Shown: positions 1-4,811 of the stretch, in pieces
Position numbering within the stretch: position 1 is the stretch's first letter
How the letters are laid out: every line of letters starts with the position of its first letter
Source of the DNA: a virus
Taxonomy: Duplodnaviria > Heunggongvirae > Uroviricota > Caudoviricetes
Virus record (IMG/VR): IMGVR_UViG_2600254997_000016
Location: 1 to 4,971 of that record
Strand: one strand, 5' to 3'
DNA length: 4,971 nt
Notes under the pieces: generated by a model
Seen by the model: the letters and a program-made list of their open reading frames with translations, nothing else
What the model was told of the DNA's origin: nothing
The model's database searches: none
Translations under genes and position numbers: made by a program

Positions 1-124
1 CGACTGGTGGGTGTTAGGGGCACTCACCAGCCATCCGCTCATGCGTCCGGATCACAAGCAAACCTCAGGCCCACTGCTTTGCGCAAAAGCAGAATGAGCC
101 TATCAGAGACAGGCTTAATGATCC

Positions 125-1174
125 ATGCTTAATACTGTAAAAATATCCAGTTGTGAGTTAGTCAACGCCGACTGCCTGGAATTTATCCGGTCGTTACCCG
201 AAAATTCTGTTGACCTGATAGTCACGGACCCGCCGTACTTTAAAGTGAAGCCCGAGGGCTGGGATAACCAGTGGAAGGGCGACGATGATTACCTGAAGTG
301 GCAGGACCAGTGTCTGGCGCAGTTCTGGCGGGTGCTGAAACCTGCCGGAAGTCTTTACCTGTTCTGTGGCCATCGCCTGGCATCTGACATTGAAATCATG
401 ATGCGTGAACGCTTCAGTGTGCTGAACCATATTATCTGGGCGAAGCCGTCCGGACGCTGGAACGGATGCAACAAGGAAAGCCTGCGGGCGTATTTCCCCG
501 CCACAGAGCGCATTCTGTTCGCGGAACATTATCAGGGGCCGTATCGTCCGAAAGATGCCGGGTATGAGGCGAAGGGCAGGGCACTGAAACAGCATGTGAT
601 GGCCCCGCTGATTGCTTACTTTCGTGATGCGCGCGCTGCCCTGGGGATAACGGCAAAACAGATTGCAGATGCCACAGGAAAGAAAAACATGGTGCCGCAC
701 TGGTTCAGTGCCAGTCAGTGGCAGCTACCGAACGAAAGCGATTATCTGAAATTACAGTCGCTGTTTGCCCGGGTGGCAGAAGAGAAACATCAGCGCGGGG
801 AACTGGAAAAGCCACACCACCAGCTGGTCAGCACATACAGTGAGCTGAACCGGCAGTATATGGAACTGCTGAGTGAATATAAAAATTTGCGGCGGTATTT
901 CGGTGTGACGGTGCAGGTGCCGTACACCGATGTGTGGACGTATAAACCGGTGCAGTACTATCCAGGGAAACATCCGTGCGAAAAACCGGCAGAAATGCTG
1001 CAGCAGATAATCAGCGCAAGTAGTCGTCCTGGTGATCTGGTTGCGGATTTTTTCATGGGGTCGGGTTCAACGGTAAAAGCGGCGATGGCACTGGGGCGTC
1101 GTGCGATTGGTGTTGAGCTGGAGACCGGACGTTTTGAGCAGACAGTCAGGGAAGTTCAGGATTTAATCGTTTGA
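125..1174 (+). CDS. Orphan DNA methyltransferase, beta-class N6-adenine/N4-cytosine family (probably N6-adenine)
   Basis: 349-aa ORF. Motif IV DPPY at aa 35-38 (nt 227-238, in VDLIVTDPPYF) lies near the N-terminus and AdoMet-binding motif I FMGSGST at aa 310-316 (nt ~1052-1072) near the C-terminus, which is the permuted beta-class order (as in M.RsrI-type enzymes). The ~150 aa between them would be the target-recognition region. No endonuclease partner in the window. The only in-frame start is ATG 125, directly after a TGA at 119-121; there is no strong SD. Confidence 0.88.
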   Translation: MLNTVKISSCELVNADCLEFIRSLPENSVDLIVTDPPYFKVKPEGWDNQWKGDDDYLKWQDQCLAQFWRVLKPAGSLYLFCGHRLASDIEIMMRERFSVLNHIIWAKPSGRWNGCNKESLRAYFPATERILFAEHYQGPYRPKDAGYEAKGRALKQHVMAPLIAYFRDARAALGITAKQIADATGKKNMVPHWFSASQWQLPNESDYLKLQSLFARVAEEKHQRGELEKPHHQLVSTYSELNRQYMELLSEYKNLRRYFGVTVQVPYTDVWTYKPVQYYPGKHPCEKPAEMLQQIISASSRPGDLVADFFMGSGSTVKAAMALGRRAIGVELETGRFEQTVREVQDLIV

Positions 1175-1223
1175 AACGGATGAGATTGCAGTATTAATTC
1201 CGTAACGTTATTATTCTGCGCGC

Positions 1224-1299
1224 GGCCCTTTAGCTCAGTGGTGAGAGCGAGCGACTCATAATCGCCAGGTCGCTGGTTCAAATCCAGCAAGGGCCACCA
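1224..1299 (+). tRNA. ileZ: tRNA-Ile (anticodon CAU, lysidine type, reads AUA)
   Basis: 76-nt cloverleaf read by hand: acceptor GGCCCTT (1224-1230) pairs with AAGGGCC (1289-1295); D-arm GCTC/GAGC; anticodon loop CTCATAA with CAT at 1257-1259; T-arm GCTGG-TTCAAAT-CCAGC; discriminator A and encoded CCA at 1297-1299. Very similar to E. coli ileX-type tRNA-Ile2. The symbol follows the ileZ-argN-argO cluster of Stx/lambdoid phages. tRNA-Met cannot be strictly excluded from sequence alone. Confidence 0.85.
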
Positions 1300-1308
1300 T
1301 ATCACATA

Positions 1309-1385
1309 CCGCCATTAGCTCATCGGGATAGAGCGCCAGCCTTCGAAGCTGGTTGCGCGGGGTTAGAGTCCTCGATGGCGGTCCA
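1309..1385 (+). tRNA. argN: tRNA-Arg (anticodon UCG), with atypical T-loop
   Basis: 77-nt cloverleaf: acceptor CCGCCAT (1309-1315) pairs perfectly with ATGGCGG (1375-1381); D-arm GCTC/GAGC with GG in the loop; anticodon stem CCAGC/GCTGG with loop CTTCGAA, anticodon TCG at 1343-1345; T-stem CGGGG/CCTCG (one G-U); T-loop TTAGAGT has A where the near-universal C56 is expected; CCA at 1383-1385. Symbol by positional analogy only. Confidence 0.7.
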
Positions 1386-1398
1386 TTATCTGTACCCT

Positions 1399-1475
1399 GC
1401 GTTGTTAGCTCAGCCGGACAGAGCAATTGCCTTCTAAGCAATCGGTCACTGGTTCGAATCCAGTACAACGCGCCA
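1399..1475 (+). tRNA. argO: tRNA-Arg (anticodon UCU, reads AGA/AGG)
   Basis: 77-nt cloverleaf: acceptor GCGTTGT (1399-1405) pairs with ACAACGC (1465-1471); D-arm GCTC/GAGC; anticodon stem ATTGC/GCAAT with loop CTTCTAA, anticodon TCT at 1433-1435; canonical T-arm ACTGG-TTCGAAT-CCAGT; discriminator G and CCA at 1473-1475. Symbol by positional analogy. Confidence 0.85.
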
Positions 1476-1486
1476 GACTTATTTTT

Positions 1487-1514
1487 CCCGGCTCGCTTTT
1501 GCGGGCCTTTTTTT
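1487..1514 (+). terminator. Rho-independent terminator after the tRNA cluster
   Basis: Stem GGCTCGC (1490-1496), loop TTTT, stem GCGGGCC (1501-1507), 7 bp with one G-U, followed directly by T7 (1508-1514). It begins 12 nt after the CCA of the last tRNA. Confidence 0.7.
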
Positions 1515-1741
1515 AAATGTCTCACAATTCAGACGGTTGACAGTTGTCTGTTTTGCGGGGAGTTTGTTAAAAGAAACTGGCATGGTGAATCCCCCTGTGC
1601 GGAGGGGCAATCAGCGAGTAGGTATATGGGATAATCGCGGATTCAGGTGCTGGTACTGAATTCACCGGGAGGCACCCGGCACCATGCAATGGCACATAGC
1701 GCCACTCTCCAGCCCCTCTCCGGAGGGGCTTTCTTATGGAC

Positions 1742-1770
1742 AAAAAAAGCCCGCGCTGGGAGACGCGGGC
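1742..1770 (-). terminator. Putative rho-independent terminator oriented for the minus strand
   Basis: Perfect 7-bp GC-rich stem GCCCGCG (1749-1755) / CGCGGGC (1764-1770) with an 8-nt loop, preceded on the + strand by A7 (1742-1748), which is a U7 tail on the minus-strand transcript. No T-tract follows on the + strand. Confidence 0.5.
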
Positions 1771-1963
1771 GGCAAGGAATAAACAACAAAACGTGAAGTA
1801 ATATTTCAGCTGGCGAATAATATCCGACAGTAATCACTCTGCGCAATAGCGCGGCCTTTTTCGTATTGCGGGCTGTTGTCTCTCTTCTGCCATTGTCCTG
1901 TAACTTCCGGACTTCAGCCCGCTCCTCATTTTACTCACAATATTATCCCGGCCGGGAGGATTC

Positions 1964-2743
1964 ATGGCATTTAAACACTATGATGTTGTCAGGGCGGCGT
2001 CGCCGTCAGACCTTGCGGAAAAGCTGACACACAAACTGAAAGAGGGCTGGCAGCCATATGGCGGACCGGTTGCCATTACGCCGTACACACTGATGCAGGC
2101 GGTGGCTATTGAAGGAGATCCACAGGTCGGCCCTTCATCTGAGCCGGACTGGTTCTACGTGGTTGTGCTTGCCGGACAGTCCAACGGCATGGCCTACGGT
2201 GAAGGGCTTCCGTTACCGGATTCTTACGATGCTCCGGATCCGCGCATTAAACAGCTGGCGCGCCGCAGCACGGTAACTCCGGGTGGAGAGAGTTGTACGT
2301 ATAACGACATCATCCCGGCTGACCATTGTCTGCATGATGTTCAGGATATGAGTACGATTAACCATCCCCGGGCTGACCTGAGCAAAGGGCAGTACGGCTG
2401 TGTCGGACAGGGCTTACATATTGCCAAAAAACTGCTTCCGTATATCCCTAATAATGCGGGGATCCTGCTGGTACCATGCTGTCGTGGTGGTTCGGCATTC
2501 ACCCAGGGCACGGAGGGGACATTCAGCGAGTCCACGGGGGCCAGTCAGGATTCGGCTCGCTGGGGAGTGGGTAAGCCGTTATATCAGGATCTGCTTTTTC
2601 CGCACGAAGGCAGCATAGCAGAAAAACCCGAAAAACGTTTTGCTGGCGATATGCTGGATGCAGGGGGAATTCGATATGACGAATGCCAGTTACGCCCAGC
2701 AGCCAGCAGCATTTCTTGCAATGGTACAGCAGTTCCGTGCTGA
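1964..2743 (+). CDS. nanS-p: nanS-p-like prophage 9-O-acetyl-sialate esterase, N-terminal fragment (DUF1737-like N-terminus plus start of SASA/SGNH esterase domain); frame interrupted
   Basis: 259-aa ORF with SD GGGAGG (1954-1959) 4 nt before ATG 1964. The N-terminus MAFKHYDVVRAASPSDLAEKL resembles the DUF1737 start of prophage NanS-p esterases. The catalytic-serine motif GQSN is at aa 71-74 (nt 2174-2185). The frame stops at TGA 2741-2743, overlapping the next ORF, so this is one gene broken by a frameshift (see findings). Confidence 0.75.
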   Translation: MAFKHYDVVRAASPSDLAEKLTHKLKEGWQPYGGPVAITPYTLMQAVAIEGDPQVGPSSEPDWFYVVVLAGQSNGMAYGEGLPLPDSYDAPDPRIKQLARRSTVTPGGESCTYNDIIPADHCLHDVQDMSTINHPRADLSKGQYGCVGQGLHIAKKLLPYIPNNAGILLVPCCRGGSAFTQGTEGTFSESTGASQDSARWGVGKPLYQDLLFPHEGSIAEKPEKRFAGDMLDAGGIRYDECQLRPAASSISCNGTAVPC

Positions 2744-3797
2744 CTTTGCCGGGCTGGCGGCGCAGTGTCACGGTGGAAGTCCGGCATCAGTCCCCTGGAT
2801 TTGCGGCGACACGACATACGCGTGGAAACAAGAACACGGTACGCAATATGAAGTGGTATATGGTGCATATAAAGGTAAAGAATCCCAGCAGATTTATTTT
2901 GTTCCCTTTATGACCGATGGTAGCGGAGTTAATACACCGACAAACAACCCGTCAGAAGATCCTGATATTGCCGGGTCTGGTTATTACGGTTCGGCATCCC
3001 GAACGAACAAAAACTGGGTATCATCAAATCGCCCGACGCATTTCAGCTCATGGGCGCGTCGTGGCATTATTCCCGATCGTATGGCAACTGCTATTCTGAA
3101 CGTAGCCGGTCGCACCTTAGCCTTCATTAGTGGTAAGGCACCGGAAATCAAACCCTCGCCCGGCGGCGACACGCCATCGGGGCCGTCTGAAGATGCATCC
3201 GTACGCACAATCTCCCTGTTGCCGACAGCCGGAGATGCTGCTGCGCAGGGCTGGAGCATTAAGAATGGCGGAATTCAGTTGTCAGATGGTGTATTTAAGA
3301 TCACCAAGCAGAGCAATAAAACCTGGTCCCTGATGCATCCGGTGGATGACGCAATTACCCTGCTGACACAGGGCGGCAGACTGACCTGTAAGTTCCGCCT
3401 CTCAGGCGCACTGACCAACAATCAGTTCGGGCTGGGGATTTATCTGTATACGGACGCTCCCGTTCCTGATGATGTGGCGATGACGGGTACTGGTAATCCG
3501 TTCCTGATGTCTTACTTCACTCAGACCACTGACGGCAGAGTGAATCTGATGCATCACAGGAAAGCCGGAAACACGAAGCTGGGGGAGTTCGGCGATTACG
3601 GTAACGACTGGCAGACGCTGGAGCTGGTGTTCACCGCCGGCAGTGCCACGGTTACTCCGAAACTGAATGGAGTGGCTGGCCCGGCATTCCAGGTTATAAA
3701 AGACAGTCTGACACTGGGACTGAATGCGCTGACGCTGACGGATGTTACAAAAAATGCAGCGTATGGCGTTGAGATAGAAAGTCTGGTGCTGGAGTAA
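2640..3797 (+). CDS. nanS-p: nanS-p-like esterase, C-terminal fragment (rest of SASA domain plus C-terminal domain); not an independent gene
   Basis: 385-aa ORF in the frame one position ahead of 1964-2743 (positions 0 vs 2 mod 3). It is open from just after TAG 2616-2618; the track start at 2640 is a TTG, not a credible initiation site. It contains WMQGEFD (nt ~2655-2675), matching the SASA-family QGE(S)D block expected downstream of GQSN. Stop TAA 3795-3797. Confidence 0.7.
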   Translation: MLAICWMQGEFDMTNASYAQQPAAFLAMVQQFRADFAGLAAQCHGGSPASVPWICGDTTYAWKQEHGTQYEVVYGAYKGKESQQIYFVPFMTDGSGVNTPTNNPSEDPDIAGSGYYGSASRTNKNWVSSNRPTHFSSWARRGIIPDRMATAILNVAGRTLAFISGKAPEIKPSPGGDTPSGPSEDASVRTISLLPTAGDAAAQGWSIKNGGIQLSDGVFKITKQSNKTWSLMHPVDDAITLLTQGGRLTCKFRLSGALTNNQFGLGIYLYTDAPVPDDVAMTGTGNPFLMSYFTQTTDGRVNLMHHRKAGNTKLGEFGDYGNDWQTLELVFTAGSATVTPKLNGVAGPAFQVIKDSLTLGLNALTLTDVTKNAAYGVEIESLVLE

Positions 3798-3813
3798 ATG
3801 CACCGGCAGCAAT

Positions 3814-3850
3814 ATAAAAAAAGCCAGCGCCCACTCTGAAGGACGCTGGC
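3814..3850 (-). terminator. Putative minus-strand-oriented terminator-like hairpin just 3' of nanS-p
   Basis: Stem GCCAGCG (3823-3829) / CGCTGGC (3844-3850) with a 14-nt loop, preceded on the + strand by A7 (3816-3822), which is a U-tract on the minus strand. Only AAAAC follows on the + strand. The long loop lowers confidence. Confidence 0.4.
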
Positions 3851-4026
3851 TAAAACGGGTAGATGTACTTCACATGATACTTATACTTGGCAGTACATTT
3901 TCTGACAGACAGTGACGGATGTTGTCAAGATATTGTGTCATTTATAACCTGAATCAGGGGTTGGCCGGAATGTTATCTGGCATTTTTAGCAGAGCCTGAA
4001 TGCCATAATCACGGCTCTCGGCGTTG

Positions 4027-4063
4027 GCCGTCAGTGGGTGACACTGGCGGCTTTTTTGTTTTT
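4027..4063 (+). terminator. Strong rho-independent terminator immediately upstream of the lysis cassette (tR'-like position)
   Basis: 10-bp stem GCCGTCAGTG (4027-4036) / CACTGGCGGC (4042-4051) with one G-U, loop GGTGA, followed by TTTTTTGTTTTT (4052-4063). It ends ~45 nt before the S start codon. Confidence 0.75.
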
Positions 4064-4107
4064 CTTTACTTTCATTTTCTGTCGGCGGTGACGGAGACAT
4101 ACATCAG

Positions 4108-4314
4108 ATGGAAAAAATCACAACAGGTGTGTCATACACCACGTCAGCGGTGGGGACGGGATACTGGTTACTGCAGCTGCTGGACAAAGTCTCTCCGTCC
4201 CAGTGGGTGGCAATAGGTGTGCTGGGGAGTCTGCTGTTTGGCCTGCTGACGTATCTGACAAACCTTTATTTCAAGATTAAAGAAGATAAGCGCAAGGCTG
4301 CGAGAGGTGAATAA
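4108..4314 (+). CDS. S: Holin S, phage-21-type pinholin (S21-68-like)
   Basis: 68-aa ORF with SD GGAG (4093-4096) 11 nt before ATG 4108. Two predicted transmembrane segments ([18 protein letters not shown] and [23 protein letters not shown]) and a charged C-terminus [13 protein letters not shown]. Closely resembles the phage 21 pinholin as I recall it. The stop TAA 4312-4314 overlaps the R start as TAATG. Confidence 0.9.
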   Translation: MEKITTGVSYTTSAVGTGYWLLQLLDKVSPSQWVAIGVLGSLLFGLLTYLTNLYFKIKEDKRKAARGE

Positions 4315-4811
4315 TGCCTCCATCATTACGAAAAGCCGTTGCTGCTGCTATTGGTGGTGGGGCTGTTGCCATAGCGTCTGTGCTCATCACTGGTCCGAGT
4401 GGTGACGATGGCCTGGAAGGTGTCAGCTACATACCATACAAAGATATCGTTGGCGTATGGACTGTATGTCACGGACACACCGGAAAAGACATCATGCCCG
4501 GTAAAACGTATACCGAAGCAGAATGCAAAGCCCTCCTGAATAAAGACCTTGCCACGGTCGCCAGACAAATTAACCCGTACATCAACGTCGATATACCGGA
4601 AACAACGCGCGGCGCTCTTTACTCGTTCGTTTACAACGTGGGCGCTGGCAATTTCAGAACATCGACGCTTCTTCGCAAAATAAACCAGGGCGATATCAAA
4701 GGCGCATGTGATCAGCTACGGCGCTGGACATACGCTGGCGGTAAGCAATGGAAAGGGCTGATGACTCGCCGCGAGATTGAGCGTGAAGTCTGTTTGTGGG
4801 GGCAACAATGA
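4314..4811 (+). CDS. R: SAR endolysin R (T4-lysozyme-like muramidase with N-terminal signal-anchor-release domain), R21-like
   Basis: 165-aa ORF. N-terminal Gly/Ala-rich weakly hydrophobic segment [20 protein letters not shown] (aa ~8-27) is a typical SAR domain. Catalytic triad in E-8aa-D-5aa-T spacing: E35, D44, T50 ([17 protein letters not shown]). SD GAGG at 4303-4306. Pairs with the pinholin upstream. Confidence 0.9.
   Translation: MPPSLRKAVAAAIGGGAVAIASVLITGPSGDDGLEGVSYIPYKDIVGVWTVCHGHTGKDIMPGKTYTEAECKALLNKDLATVARQINPYINVDIPETTRGALYSFVYNVGAGNFRTSTLLRKINQGDIKGACDQLRRWTYAGGKQWKGLMTRREIEREVCLWGQQ

Noticed and set aside
194-973. Minus-strand ORFs 194-700 (168 aa), 432-656 (74 aa) and 752-973 (73 aa)
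   Set aside because: They lie entirely antisense within the methyltransferase gene, whose reading frame carries clear conserved catalytic motifs. The peptides are Arg/Pro-rich and low-complexity, typical of antisense frames in GC-rich coding DNA, with no recognisable domain or RBS.
1537-1566. Perfect TTGACA -35 hexamer at 1537-1542 as a promoter for the downstream interval
   Set aside because: No acceptable -10 hexamer lies 16-19 nt downstream (GAGTTT, AGTTTG, GTTTGT). A lone -35 match is expected by chance.
1256-1634. ORFs 1256-1525 (-) and 1353-1634 (+) across the tRNA cluster
   Set aside because: They overlap the three well-folded tRNA genes and the terminator at 1487-1514. Open frames through structured RNA genes are a common artefact.
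1643-1846. Minus-strand ORF of 67 aa in the intergenic interval
   Set aside because: It contains the GC-rich hairpins (1712-1729, 1749-1770), has no SD, and its product is low-complexity Pro/Arg-rich. More likely structured non-coding sequence than a gene.
1476-1963. Search for stxA/stxB (or another toxin moron) between the tRNA genes and nanS-p
   Set aside because: No ORF of suitable size, and no signal-peptide-bearing A or B subunit frame is present. The slot is non-coding in this window.
2616-2660. Programmed ribosomal frameshift joining the two nanS-p ORFs
   Set aside because: Joining them needs a +1 (or -2) shift. Programmed +1 shifts are rare and depend on specific contexts (for example a hungry or stop codon with an upstream SD-like element) that I do not see here. 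A homopolymer indel is the simpler explanation, though slippage on the A5 runs cannot be excluded without data.
2341-3812. Nested and antisense ORFs inside nanS-p (2341-2535 -, 2400-2618 +, 2523-2771 -, 2584-2868 -, 2683-2913 +, 2917-3099 +, 2984-3259 -, 3130-3333 +, 3402-3812 -)
   Set aside because: All overlap the esterase reading frames, which carry the conserved GQSN and QGExD blocks. None has a start context or recognisable domain. They are treated as alternative-frame noise.
4034-4216. ORF 4034-4216 (+), 60 aa
   Set aside because: It starts inside the terminator hairpin and T-tract and overlaps the well-supported S pinholin gene in another frame. Its N-terminus (FFVFLYFHF) is the translated T-tract.
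4326-4568. Minus-strand ORF 4326-4568 (80 aa)
   Set aside because: Antisense within the SAR endolysin gene, which has an intact catalytic triad. No support for a real gene.
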